Made by a program: the position numbers and the translations under genes
Source: Fidelibacterota bacterium
GTDB taxonomy: Bacteria > Fidelibacterota > UBA2242
Assembly (NCBI GenBank): GCA_016782645.1
Contig: JADHYC010000003.1
Location: 2,819 to 66,818, forward strand
Direction: 5' to 3'
Length of the DNA stretch: 64,000 bases
The notes under the pieces: model-generated
The model's input: the letters and a program-made list of their open reading frames with translations, nothing else
Databases searched by the model: none
What the model was told of the DNA's origin: nothing
In this document: positions 48,610-58,982 of the stretch, in pieces
How positions within the stretch are numbered: the first letter of the stretch is position 1
Layout: each line of letters opens with the position of its first letter

Positions 48610-49035
48610 ATGTTTGTCACAACGTTAATTATTGCGTTTCTTTTTGGAATTGAAATTGCTTTTATTCAGATAAAGTTTCATGAGCGAAGCTTAAAAACCC
48701 GTACTTTTTCAGCTTTGGGCTTAACGGTAATTTTATCTATTACTATCGGTTATTTATTCTATCATTTTGGACTTATTAACAGCCTATTTTTTTATTTAAT
48801 GTTAATTATTGCCGGTGTATCTGTGGGGTTTTTTATACTGTTAGAGCGCTTGGTTTTAAAATATTGGTGGATGGTTATCGTAACTGGTATAGTAACGGGT
48901 GTTGTTAGTTTAATATTAATGAGGAAAAATTCTTCTATCGCTGCATTTGAATCTTTCACAGCAGGTATAATGCTAAGTTTAGGTTATTTAATTTATGGTA
49001 ATTTTAAGAGAATATGGCAAAGAACGGATGATTAA
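48610..49035 (+). CDS. Hypothetical integral membrane protein (4 TM)
   Basis: Hydrophobic segments throughout; no motif recognised. Confidence 0.45.
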   Translation: MFVTTLIIAFLFGIEIAFIQIKFHERSLKTRTFSALGLTVILSITIGYLFYHFGLINSLFFYLMLIIAGVSVGFFILLERLVLKYWWMVIVTGIVTGVVSLILMRKNSSIAAFESFTAGIMLSLGYLIYGNFKRIWQRTDD

Positions 49036-49921
49036 AGTTTTTATAACAGGTGCCAGCGGATTTCTTGGGGGACATCTTGCTAAATTATCTGCGGAAAAGT
49101 ACAGTACGGTAGGTGCATATCATTCATATAAATTTGATATTCTAAAAGTAAAAAGTGTTTATTGTGATTTGTCCAAACCAGAACTACTGAAGAATTTGTT
49201 CGATTCTAATAAGCCTAAATTAATTATTCACAATGCAGCTTATCCAAATCCCGATAAATGTGAAAAAAATCCAGATTTGGCATTTGAAATTAATACAGGA
49301 TCTACTGGCGCCATTGCAAAATGGGCAGAAAGGAATAATTGTCGCCTGGTTTTTATTTCCACTGATATGGTATTTAATGGCAGGCAAGGGAATTACTCTG
49401 AAGAAGATCCGGTGGGACCACTTAGTATTTACGCTAAGACAAAAGTGGAGGCGGAAAAGCTCGTTTTACACGAATGCAAGAATGCAGTGGTTTGTAGGAT
49501 AGCATTAATGTATGGCAGAGGAGTGCTTCCAAGACAATATAGCTCTGAGTGGCTTGAAAGAGTTCTTAAGGAAAAATATAATAGTGAAATAGAAGAACCT
49601 ATTCTACTATTTACCGATCAGTATCGAAGTATGATTTCTGTAAATAATGCTGCAAGAGCGGTTATGGAAGTCGCTTTTACTGATTATTGTGGAATAATTC
49701 ATCTTGGTGGAGCAGAAAGAATAAGCCGCTATGAATTCGGGAAAAAGTTATGCGGTGCGTTAGGGCTACCTGAGAGTTTAATAAGAGAAACAAAGTATGA
49801 TGATGCAGCAGTCAATACACCTCGACCAAAAGATGTAAGTTTGAATATCTCCAGAGCTTCATCGTTTTTAAAAACAAAGCTTTTGAATGTTGATGAAGGG
49901 TTAAAAGAAATTTGTCAATAA
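49028..49921 (+). CDS. Extended SDR NAD(P)-dependent epimerase/reductase, RmlD (dTDP-4-dehydrorhamnose reductase)-like
   Basis: MIKVFITGASGFLGGHL Rossmann motif; YAKTKVEAE catalytic Y-x3-K; ~298 aa. Start taken at ATG 49028, overlapping the upstream stop. Confidence 0.7.
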   Translation: MIKVFITGASGFLGGHLAKLSAEKYSTVGAYHSYKFDILKVKSVYCDLSKPELLKNLFDSNKPKLIIHNAAYPNPDKCEKNPDLAFEINTGSTGAIAKWAERNNCRLVFISTDMVFNGRQGNYSEEDPVGPLSIYAKTKVEAEKLVLHECKNAVVCRIALMYGRGVLPRQYSSEWLERVLKEKYNSEIEEPILLFTDQYRSMISVNNAARAVMEVAFTDYCGIIHLGGAERISRYEFGKKLCGALGLPESLIRETKYDDAAVNTPRPKDVSLNISRASSFLKTKLLNVDEGLKEICQ

Positions 49922-50068
49922 TAATAGAGAAATTAATTTGTAGGTTGATTCTATAAGTTTTGAATCTTGAATATTTTTTGTATTTTTAAAAGAAGATAGA
50001 ATAATCCAACTGCTCGCAAATTACACCAATTTAATAAAATTCGTCAAATAGATATTGAAATAATTTTG

Positions 50069-50791
50069 TCAAGAGCTGGATCGCTCGACAAACATATATC
50101 CAGCGCCGCGTATGCTTTTTATATAAACAGGTTTTTTTGTATCAGGTTCAAAATATTTTCGTAAACGGGCGATGAAATTATCCACTGTCCTGGTTTCAAT
50201 TTTGGAACTGATATTCCAGACTTTTTCCAGCAATTCCTCACGCGATACGATTTTATCTTTTTTTTGAATCAGATATTTCATTACCATAGCTTCTTGTTGA
50301 GTAAGTCGAAATTTTTTATTTACCGATTTGCAGGAAAAGTCAGCGAAATTTATTTCATTTTCGCCAAATTGATACGTTGACACGGATTCAATAGCCGTTT
50401 GATACCACCTCTTGCGTCGTAAAATACCTTTAACCCGCGCCAGTAATTCCTGTAAATGAAATGGTTTTGTAAGGTAATCGTCAGCTCCGATTTCAAGCCC
50501 TCGCACGCGGTCATGGACTGCGGTCCTGGCAGTTAACATAAGAATAGGAGTCATGGGAGATTTTTCACGGACATATTTTGTAACTTCAAACCCGTTAATA
50601 TAGGGAAGCATAATATCAAGAATAATCAGGTCATAAGGTTGTGAATCAAATTGTTCCAGTGCTTTTTTCCCATCCTTCGCCCAGACAACTGAGTAGCCTT
50701 CTTCGCTCAGGTTGAATAATAAACCTTCCGCGAGCGTTTCCTCATCTTCGACCAACAATATTTTACTATTTTGTAAGTTATCCTCATTCAT
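50069..50791 (-). CDS. OmpR-family response regulator (REC + winged-helix)
   Basis: ILLVEDEETLAEGL...DLIILDIMLPYINGFEV...LTARTAVHDRVRGLEIGADDYLTKPF; C-terminal trans_reg_C. Confidence 0.9.
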   Translation of the reverse strand: MNEDNLQNSKILLVEDEETLAEGLLFNLSEEGYSVVWAKDGKKALEQFDSQPYDLIILDIMLPYINGFEVTKYVREKSPMTPILMLTARTAVHDRVRGLEIGADDYLTKPFHLQELLARVKGILRRKRWYQTAIESVSTYQFGENEINFADFSCKSVNKKFRLTQQEAMVMKYLIQKKDKIVSREELLEKVWNISSKIETRTVDNFIARLRKYFEPDTKKPVYIKSIRGAGYMFVERSSS

Positions 50792-50810
50792 ATAAAACTC
50801 TTTAAAGAAT

Positions 50811-51836
50811 TCAATAGGTTGAAGATTTAAGCAATTTATTTAAACGGTGTCGTTTTGATGCCGGATAGACAGGTAGTTCAATGCGAAAAGTTGCACCCTG
50901 ATTAAGTCCTTTGCTATAGGCTCTGATCTTTCCGCCATGATATTTTACAATTTCTTTTACCAGAGTAAGTCCCAGACCAGACCCTCGCAAATCAGGGACG
51001 TCCGGATGATTAACCCTGTAGAATTTGTCGAAAATTCTTTTCTTTTCGTTCGCTGAAAAACCAATTCCCTGATCCTGAAACTCTATTACGTACTTTTTAG
51101 GGCTACATTGCATGTTAATAGTTATTTTTAATTTTTCCGTCGAGTACTTCATTGCATTATTGACAAGATTGTCAAACAGGATTTTGAATGCGTTTTTGTC
51201 AATGATACAGTTACAATGCGCTTCTCCTGTTATTGTAATAGTTCCCGGAGGTAATTTAATCTGTTGGACAATTTCTTCAATTATTTCTTTTATAATATGT
51301 TTTACCTTATATATGCTGCAATGGAACCGATTCTTTTTTTTCTCAAGCCGGGCAATTTCAAGAATAGCATTAATTAATTTGTTAAGCCGATTGGCATCTT
51401 TTTGCATAAATTCGATAAATTCCAATTGTTTTGAGCGTGAAATGTCCCGGACGGTGAGAGTGTCCAAATATAACTGAATAGATGTTAAAGGGGTTTTCAA
51501 TTCATGTGTGACATTGGCTATAAAATTATCATATAGTTTAGTTAGTTTGTACTGTAATCTCAGGCGCCGGAAAATAAGCAATATTCCCAATGACATAGCC
51601 ACAAGTAATACTAAACCGATTACAAAAATAGCTATTGCTCCTCCTGCCTGGATGTTGATTGAATATTGCTCGCCAATATGCTTTAAAATGACATAATTAG
51701 CTACAAACCGGGCGATCCAAAGACCTAACAAAGAGAAACAGGCTACCTGTGCCAGAATAAAAAGAATTATTGCATACGCCTGTGAATACTTTTTTCGCAT
51801 TTTTTTTAGCCTATTTAATTCATAAATATTAGCCAC
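50811..51836 (-). CDS. Sensor histidine kinase (2 TM, HisKA, HATPase_c)
   Basis: H-box NVTHELKTPLTSIQ; G-boxes GSGLGLTLVKEIVKYHGGKI. Confidence 0.85.
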   Translation of the reverse strand: MANIYELNRLKKMRKKYSQAYAIILFILAQVACFSLLGLWIARFVANYVILKHIGEQYSINIQAGGAIAIFVIGLVLLVAMSLGILLIFRRLRLQYKLTKLYDNFIANVTHELKTPLTSIQLYLDTLTVRDISRSKQLEFIEFMQKDANRLNKLINAILEIARLEKKKNRFHCSIYKVKHIIKEIIEEIVQQIKLPPGTITITGEAHCNCIIDKNAFKILFDNLVNNAMKYSTEKLKITINMQCSPKKYVIEFQDQGIGFSANEKKRIFDKFYRVNHPDVPDLRGSGLGLTLVKEIVKYHGGKIRAYSKGLNQGATFRIELPVYPASKRHRLNKLLKSSTY

Positions 51837-52247
51837 TAAGTCTCTAAGACACTAAGAACCAATAATTTATCTATTGTGCGATCTTTACGTTTAATCATTT
51901 TTTATGAACTATTATCAAAGTTCTAAGTTATCTTAAATCAACATTTTGCGCCTTGGCTTGCCCTGTAGGGAAGAATGACCGTATCAGGGTGTCTTTTTCC
52001 AACGGAATCCCTCTGGGAGTGGCTATAAATAATCCAGGTTAGACCAAATTAAGACTATCTACAACTTTTACAATACTTTTACAAAACCTTACTTCAATAT
52101 TTTGTAAAATAAAGTAGAGAGAAATTTTACAAGTTCAAAGCAGAAAAAAATGGCTCAAAGGATAATAAAAATATTAACGATGGACTTATGGCCGAAGAAA
52201 CACACAATACCGTGAGGGAAAAAAATTTATAAAAGGAGTATTTCTCT

Positions 52248-53726
52248 ATGAAAATATTAATGGTTTCTCCTGAAACCCCGAAAACTTTTTGGAGTTTTTC
52301 ACATGCGGTAAAATTTGTTTCAAAGAAATCGTCTGAGATTCCCCTAGGATTAATCACCATGGCGGCAATCTTACCGGAAAAATGGGAAAAGCGCTTAATT
52401 GATATGAATGTTTCTAGGTTAAGGGATAAGGATATTTTATGGGCGGATTTTGTTTTCTTAAGTGGGATGAATGTTCATATTACGTCTATTAAAAAAATTA
52501 TCAGTCGCTGCAACGATTTGGGTGTAAAAATCGTGGCTGGCGGACCTTTAGCCACAACAAACCACCAACAATTTTTAGGGGTGGATCATTTCGTGCTCAA
52601 CGAAGCGGAAATTACTTTACCGCTTTTCCTACAAGACCTGGAAGCCGGCACGCCAAAACATGTATATGCGACTAATGAATATCCGGATATTTCCAAAACG
52701 CCCAAACCTATGTGGAATTTACTTAAGACGAAGAAGTATGTTTCAATGAACATACAATATTCTCGGGGTTGCCCGTACAATTGCGAATTTTGCAGTATAA
52801 CGATGTTAAACGGTCGTAAGCCGAGAACAAAAAGCAGAGAGCAGTTTTTAGATGAATTGACTTCTTTATATAATACAGGTTGGCGCCGTAATGTTTTCAT
52901 TGTTGATGATAATTTTATTGGCAATAAGAAAAAATTAAAAGCTGATATTTTACCGGCAATGATTGAATGGATGGAAGAAAGGAATCGCCCTTTTACTTTT
53001 ACAACCGAAGCTTCTATAAATATCGCTGACGATGATGAGTTAATGGATCTGATGGTAAAAGCGGGGTTTTACCATACTTTTATCGGTATAGAGACGCCCA
53101 ATAATGAAAGTCTTGCCGAATGTGGAAAATCAATGAATCTCAGTCGAGACATTGTATCATCCGTAAAAAAGTTACAACACAAGGGGTTTATCGTTTCTGG
53201 AGGTTTTATCGTCGGCTTTGATAATGACCCGCCAGATATTTTTAATCAACAGATTAACCTTATCCAAAAAAGTGGAATTGTTACTGCAATGGTCGGCTTG
53301 CTAAATGCTCCAAAAGGGACTAAACTCTATAATAGGTTAGGCAAAGAAAATCGTCTAATTGGAATTATGAGTGGCGACAACCTGGATGGTTCTACAAATT
53401 TTATTCCCAAAATGAACTATCAACAACTAATAACCGGATATAAAGGAATTTTACGGTTTATTTATTCTCAGAAGAATTATTATGAACGCGTTAAAACCTT
53501 TTTAAAAGAATATTCCCAGCCTGTCATCAACTCAAGAATGCCATCGTTTTCTGATATTCGTGCATTGTTTCGCTCTGTATGGAAACTGGGGATTTTTGAA
53601 AAAGGCAGACGATATTACTGGAAGTTGCTGTTTTACAGCCTGTTCAAACATCCTAAGAAATTTCCTCTTGCTGTAACCTTAGCTATATATGGATTTCATT
53701 TTCGTAGAGTTGTGGAATCGATATAA
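52248..53726 (+). CDS. B12-binding domain radical SAM protein (DUF4070 C-terminal domain)
   Basis: N-terminal cobalamin-binding Rossmann-like domain; radical SAM CPYNCEFC; long C-terminal DUF4070-like tail. SD AAAAGGAG. Confidence 0.85.
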   Translation: MKILMVSPETPKTFWSFSHAVKFVSKKSSEIPLGLITMAAILPEKWEKRLIDMNVSRLRDKDILWADFVFLSGMNVHITSIKKIISRCNDLGVKIVAGGPLATTNHQQFLGVDHFVLNEAEITLPLFLQDLEAGTPKHVYATNEYPDISKTPKPMWNLLKTKKYVSMNIQYSRGCPYNCEFCSITMLNGRKPRTKSREQFLDELTSLYNTGWRRNVFIVDDNFIGNKKKLKADILPAMIEWMEERNRPFTFTTEASINIADDDELMDLMVKAGFYHTFIGIETPNNESLAECGKSMNLSRDIVSSVKKLQHKGFIVSGGFIVGFDNDPPDIFNQQINLIQKSGIVTAMVGLLNAPKGTKLYNRLGKENRLIGIMSGDNLDGSTNFIPKMNYQQLITGYKGILRFIYSQKNYYERVKTFLKEYSQPVINSRMPSFSDIRALFRSVWKLGIFEKGRRYYWKLLFYSLFKHPKKFPLAVTLAIYGFHFRRVVESI

Positions 53727-54246
53727 ATTCTAGGTACAATTAGAGATAGCAAATTGTCTATAGGAAGTCGGTGTACTTCAAGACTATAAGACATTTCTTT
53801 TAAGAATAGCTGTAAGTTTAACTTAAAGAATTACCGGATGTTTGTATAGGGAAGAGTTCTTTTCTGTTGGGTGATATTCCTGAAATTGGTCAAGTAATTA
53901 CGATTTGCCACCTACCGATTTTAGAAGTGGTTTTGGCTTTCCAATTTTTTTCGGGGCTTCTACAATATTTTGAATCATTTAGATCTTTAAAAATTTTAAT
54001 GGAAAATCACAAGAAATTGAGGCAAAATTATTATCTTTTATTGATGTTTCTAACTTTATAACAATGAATAATCACTCTTAACACAAATGACAATTATAAT
54101 CTTACCACCAGACAAATATTATGGAATTTTATAAATATGATATTAAATTTTCACAATTTAAGGATAGTGGAAAATTAAAGGTTCAAAATGCAAGATAATC
54201 TCGAGAAAAGTAAAATACAGACTCAATATATAGTGATGTTTTTCGC

Positions 54247-54957
54247 ATGATGTGGAGAAAAATAATGAAAATTTTTTGTATATTTTTTATTTTTTTATTA
54301 GCGACTATTACATTTGCTCAAAATCTTCAGTTACATTATGATTTTGGAGAAGATCGTCACTATTTCACATCAACTCTGGAAATGTTTAAACCTGATGATT
54401 ACGGTGCAACCTTTTGGTTTGTTGATATTGATTATAATGATGGAGCAGGTGAAAAAAGCGCTTGTATGGCTTATTTGGAAATTGCCCGTTTTTTTAAGTG
54501 GCCTTTTTTTAAAAATAACAATGCCTTGAGCAAATTAAGTACTACTATTCAGTATAATGATGGTTTAGATACTTTTAGCGGTTTTGGGAATGTGTGGTTG
54601 GCTGGTATGAGTTATCCTGTTAACCTTGGATTTGTTACAATTGATACAGATATTCTTTTCAGGAAAGCAGAGAATCAGGATGCTAATTTTCAATTTACTT
54701 TTGTATGGTTTAAACCATTCTTTGATGGTAAAGTATCTTTCAGCGGTTTTATGGATATCTGGGGACAGGGAAATTTTGATTTTGACGCGGATGGGACTGA
54801 AAAACAGGTTGTATTGTTAACCGAACCTCAACTATGGTACAATGTTAATAAGTATCTTTTTGTCGGTGGCGAAGTTGAAATTAGTCGTAACTTTATATAC
54901 GGAGCAGGCGACAAACTTAAAGTTATGCCCACTCTGGGTTTAAAATGGAACTTCTAA
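54247..54957 (+). CDS. Hypothetical secreted protein, beta-barrel-like
   Basis: Signal peptide FIFLLATITFA; ends ...LGLKWNF (C-terminal aromatic). Confidence 0.5.
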   Translation: MMWRKIMKIFCIFFIFLLATITFAQNLQLHYDFGEDRHYFTSTLEMFKPDDYGATFWFVDIDYNDGAGEKSACMAYLEIARFFKWPFFKNNNALSKLSTTIQYNDGLDTFSGFGNVWLAGMSYPVNLGFVTIDTDILFRKAENQDANFQFTFVWFKPFFDGKVSFSGFMDIWGQGNFDFDADGTEKQVVLLTEPQLWYNVNKYLFVGGEVEISRNFIYGAGDKLKVMPTLGLKWNF

Positions 54958-55145
54958 GCAAAAGAATAGAAAGTAAATAGCTAACATTTCTCACTTCGTA
55001 ACCTATTGATAATGCGATATATGATAAGTATGAAAGTAAAAAAGGCTATAAACTCAATAGCCCAGCCATTTATGGCCGGGAAAAGATATATTATTAAGGT
55101 TTTTACACCGTTTACGGCGTTTCTACATGATTTCAATGGAATTAT

Positions 55146-57029
55146 TTATAGTCCGTTTTTAGCCAATATTTTCTCTATTTCGTTCATTGCCCAGTTCATC
55201 TCTTTCATAGTTTTATTGAAAGGTTCGGCAGTGGTCATATCAACCCCAGCTTTTTTAAGCAGGCTAATAGGATAATCGGAGCCACCCGAGGAGATGAAAT
55301 TGATGTATTTTTTCAATGCCCCTTTTTCATTGTTTCTGACCTTTTCTGAAAGGGCAGTAGCGCCTGTCCATGAAGTTGAATATTGGTAGACATAAAAATT
55401 ATAGTAAAAATGCGGAATATAAGCCCATTCCACATTGATAATGTCATCAACATAACAAATGCCTTTATCGTGACCATAATAGGCTCTTACTATCTCTTTA
55501 TAAAGTTCAGAAAGTGAGTCACCGGTAAGCTGTTCGCCGCGTTCAGCTATTTCATGTATTCTGAGTTCAAATTCGGCAAATTGTGTTTGACGAAAGACTG
55601 AACCTTTAATCCCATCAAGATATTCCATCAATAAATTTAGTCTGATATTTTCATCTTTAATACTTTCTAAGTAGTCATGAAAAAGTAATATTTCATTGAA
55701 TGTAGAAGCTACTTCTGCTACAAAAATTGAATAATCGGCTGTTGGATAAGGTTGTTTATTGTTTGAGTAATAGCTGTGCATAGTATGTCCAAGTTCATGA
55801 GCAAGTGTGCTGACATCGTTGTAAGTTCCATTGAAATTTAATAGAATATATGGATGGACATCATAGGCACTACCGTTTGAATATGCTCCTGAACGCTTTC
55901 CCGGTGTTGGATAAACATCAATCCAGCGGTCATTAAGAGCTTTATTAATAACTTTGATGTACTTTTTTCCTAATGGCTTCAGTGCTGATATGACCATTTC
56001 TTTTGCTTCATCAATTGTGTATTCTATATCCAGTTCTTTTACAACAGGAGCATATAGGTCGGAATATTTTAGTTGCTCAACCCCCAGCATGCGCTTTTTA
56101 ATTTTTAAATATCGGTGAAAGGATTCCAAATTATCATTAACATTTTTAATTAAAGAATAATATACCTCGACAGGGATATTATTTGCATCCAGCGCGCTTT
56201 CAAGCGAATTGTTATAACTACGTACTCTGGCATAGAACATATCTTTTTTCACATTTGCATCGAGGTTTGTTCCAAAAGTGCGTTTAAATTCATTTAGTTT
56301 GCCAAAGAAAGTCTGGAAAACCGCTTCTCTATCTTTACGGTTAGGTAATGTGCGGTATTTGGTGTAGCCTGACTGGTTTAAAAGAGCTTTTGAGCCGTCA
56401 ATTAATTCTATTTCTGGAAAGGGTAGCTCGGCATTGCTAAAAATACTGAAAATTGAATAAGGAGTTCCTGCCATTAATCCAGTTTCGGCAATAATTTTTT
56501 CCTCCTTTTCAGAAAGTAAATGTTCTTTACTTCGTTGTAGATCATACAAATAGAATTTATAATCCTTTAAGCGGGATTCATTTAATATAAATTCATCAAT
56601 TTTCTTTTTATCCATTTTAAGTATTTCAGGGTTGATGAATGAAGATTTCGAATTATAGTCTGTATATAGTTGAGAGATTTCCTGTTTCATTGCAAGATAT
56701 TTTGAGCTTCGTGTATCCTGATCGAATTTCATTCCTGCATAGCTGCGAAGACATCCCAATTCCTTTTTAATCTTACTATCTGATTTCAGACATGATAATA
56801 AATTGTATGGAGATTTGGATATTTCTCCTTTGAATTTCAAAATGTTATCAAATTGAGTAACAAGGACATTTTTAACATCTGCCCATGCTTCATCAGTGTC
56901 ATAAAGATCTGTTAAGTCCCATGTGTATTCTACAGGAATTTCGGATCTTTCGCGAGTTTGTGAGACAACGTTCGAATTAGTTAGAAAAAAAGTTAAAAGA
57001 ATTATAATAATACTCATTATTTTCTCCAT
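55146..57029 (-). CDS. M3-family oligoendopeptidase (PepF-like), secreted
   Basis: Signal peptide; zinc motif HELGHTMHSYY plus downstream E (M3B). Confidence 0.85.
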   Translation of the reverse strand: MEKIMSIIIILLTFFLTNSNVVSQTRERSEIPVEYTWDLTDLYDTDEAWADVKNVLVTQFDNILKFKGEISKSPYNLLSCLKSDSKIKKELGCLRSYAGMKFDQDTRSSKYLAMKQEISQLYTDYNSKSSFINPEILKMDKKKIDEFILNESRLKDYKFYLYDLQRSKEHLLSEKEEKIIAETGLMAGTPYSIFSIFSNAELPFPEIELIDGSKALLNQSGYTKYRTLPNRKDREAVFQTFFGKLNEFKRTFGTNLDANVKKDMFYARVRSYNNSLESALDANNIPVEVYYSLIKNVNDNLESFHRYLKIKKRMLGVEQLKYSDLYAPVVKELDIEYTIDEAKEMVISALKPLGKKYIKVINKALNDRWIDVYPTPGKRSGAYSNGSAYDVHPYILLNFNGTYNDVSTLAHELGHTMHSYYSNNKQPYPTADYSIFVAEVASTFNEILLFHDYLESIKDENIRLNLLMEYLDGIKGSVFRQTQFAEFELRIHEIAERGEQLTGDSLSELYKEIVRAYYGHDKGICYVDDIINVEWAYIPHFYYNFYVYQYSTSWTGATALSEKVRNNEKGALKKYINFISSGGSDYPISLLKKAGVDMTTAEPFNKTMKEMNWAMNEIEKILAKNGL

Positions 57030-57592
57030 GACTGCCCCTTGATGAAATTTTCAGTTTTTAACTCAAAGTTTATGATTCATAATTACAACCCATAAAATTT
57101 GCATTTATTATTAATATTCAGCAACTATTTTTTCTTATCACCTGATTATTTTGGACTTTTTTAATAATTAGCTAAAAGGGTTCTACCCTTTGGTAAAGCC
57201 GAACCCCATTCTGAAAATATTAATTTCATTCCGATTTATTCGGTATTCAACTTATTAGAGGATCGTAATAAACCCCTTCCGGCTTCGCAAGGTTCTACTC
57301 TTATTAGAGGGGAATTCCCCCTTTATAAAAAAGGAGGAATAAAAAGGGGATTGTAAAAATATTCCATTATTGCCTAAGTTATAGAAAGATAAAAAATATT
57401 GAGAGTTAATGCTTCACGTTAACTTATTTGTATATGCATGATCTGTAGATTGTTTAAAAACAATTTTTCAATATTGAATTTCCGATTTTGAATTGTATAT
57501 TTGTTTAGGTAATAAGAAGATTTAGATACTTGATATGGGATTCTTGAATTTTAGTACTCGAATCCAGAGCAGAAAATAAATCAGGAGAAGTG

Positions 57593-58102
57593 ATGGCTAA
57601 CAAAATTAAAGATTCTGATAAAGAAAAATATAAAATAAAAAGAAAGTCCTGGGACGAATATTTTCTTGATATAGCAGATATGGTGGCGTCACGTTCTACC
57701 TGTTTTAGGAATAAGGTTGGGGCAGTTATTGTAAAGGATAAAGTGATTATTGCCACAGGATATAATGGAGCCCCGACTCACCAACCCAATTGTCTTGAAA
57801 TAGGTAATTGTTACCGGGACAGGCATAAAATCAGATCGGGAACCCAGCTGGAAAGGTGTCGTGCAGTTGGTTCACATGCAGAATCCAATGCTATTGTTCT
57901 TGCTGCGCGAAATGGTCAAAGTACTTCAAGCGGGACAATATATATTGTAGGTCATAGATTTATTTGTAACCAGTGTAAGGCAATTATTGCTAATGCTAAA
58001 ATTGATCGTGTTATCCAGAGAATAATAAATGGAAAAGTGGAAGAAGTAATACCATCAAGGGATTGGACTATTCATCCTGTAGATCAGGAAAATTCAAACT
58101 AA
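57593..58102 (+). CDS. dCMP deaminase / CMP-dCMP-type zinc deaminase
   Basis: HAESNAI and C..C (CNQCKAII) zinc ligands. SD AGGAG before ATG 57593. Confidence 0.8.
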   Translation: MANKIKDSDKEKYKIKRKSWDEYFLDIADMVASRSTCFRNKVGAVIVKDKVIIATGYNGAPTHQPNCLEIGNCYRDRHKIRSGTQLERCRAVGSHAESNAIVLAARNGQSTSSGTIYIVGHRFICNQCKAIIANAKIDRVIQRIINGKVEEVIPSRDWTIHPVDQENSN

Positions 58103-58130
58103 ATGTAAATTGACGATCATTTTTCACGTT

Positions 58131-58826
58131 TCATTTTCTTCTTTTTTTTATACCTGCTAAATCCAGCAATTCACTAAAACAATGAATCATAAAGTCTGGA
58201 TTTAGCTTACGCAGTTCATCTTCGGAGCGCATTCCATAAGTAACTGCACATGTAAATGTCTTTGCTGCTTTTCCAGATAAAATATCCTTGTCACTATCTC
58301 CAACCATAATTGCTTCATCTGTTTTCACCGAAAATTTTTTCAATATATAAAGAAGAGGCTCCGGGTTCGGCTTTTTCGCTTCAAGAGAATCACCACCAAG
58401 AATTATGTTAAAATATTTATGGAGATTAAAGTGCTTCAAAATTTCAAATGTGTAGTTGTATGCTTTATTGGAAATAACTGCCATAGATATTCCATTTAAA
58501 TCGGATAAAGTTTCTTTAATCATTGGATATGGGGTGGTTGTATCAAAAAGATGTTCTGAGTAATATTCTTTATACTTCTTTACAGCTCGAGATAAAAATT
58601 CATTATCCCAGGAATAGTGTTCATCATTATGTACTGATTCGCCAAAAGCACGGCTTACTGATTTATTTATTCCGTCACCGATATGCCGGGTGCATTGATT
58701 AAGATTAATGGGTTCATATCCATAATATCTCAGAGTAAAGTTGATTGAAGTGGCAATATCCCTGATTGAGTCAACAAGTGTACCATCAAGATCGAAGAGA
58801 ATTGCTTTAATTTTGAGGCTATTCAT
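58131..58826 (-). CDS. HAD-IA family hydrolase (phosphoglycolate-phosphatase-like)
   Basis: Motif I LFDLDGTLVDS; motif II S/T; C-terminal VGDSDKD. Confidence 0.8.
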   Translation of the reverse strand: MNSLKIKAILFDLDGTLVDSIRDIATSINFTLRYYGYEPINLNQCTRHIGDGINKSVSRAFGESVHNDEHYSWDNEFLSRAVKKYKEYYSEHLFDTTTPYPMIKETLSDLNGISMAVISNKAYNYTFEILKHFNLHKYFNIILGGDSLEAKKPNPEPLLYILKKFSVKTDEAIMVGDSDKDILSGKAAKTFTCAVTYGMRSEDELRKLNPDFMIHCFSELLDLAGIKKRRK

Positions 58827-58982
58827 GGCTGAGGAGTATAATAGATATAATTAGAAAATTCAATTTAATATTTTCTTTAAAGTTCTGCTATGCTCACTCA
58901 TAGCAGTTGAGAACTTTCTGGAAATTCAATTCGGTGCTTGATACTGGGAATTGAAGTTGGGTTTTTCTGTGGGATGTTTTTT

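Noticed and set aside
50065-50091. Hairpin ttgtc..gagc-tggatc-gctc..gacaa as terminator of the OmpR-family regulator
   Set aside because: It overlaps the stop codon and C-terminal coding sequence, is an imperfect stem, and has no U-tract.
51940-52030. Cobalamin riboswitch upstream of the B12-binding radical SAM gene
   Set aside because: GGGAAG and AATCC elements are present but the B12-box (GCCACTG) and the characteristic multi-stem junction are not recognisable. Kept only as a generic structured leader in findings.
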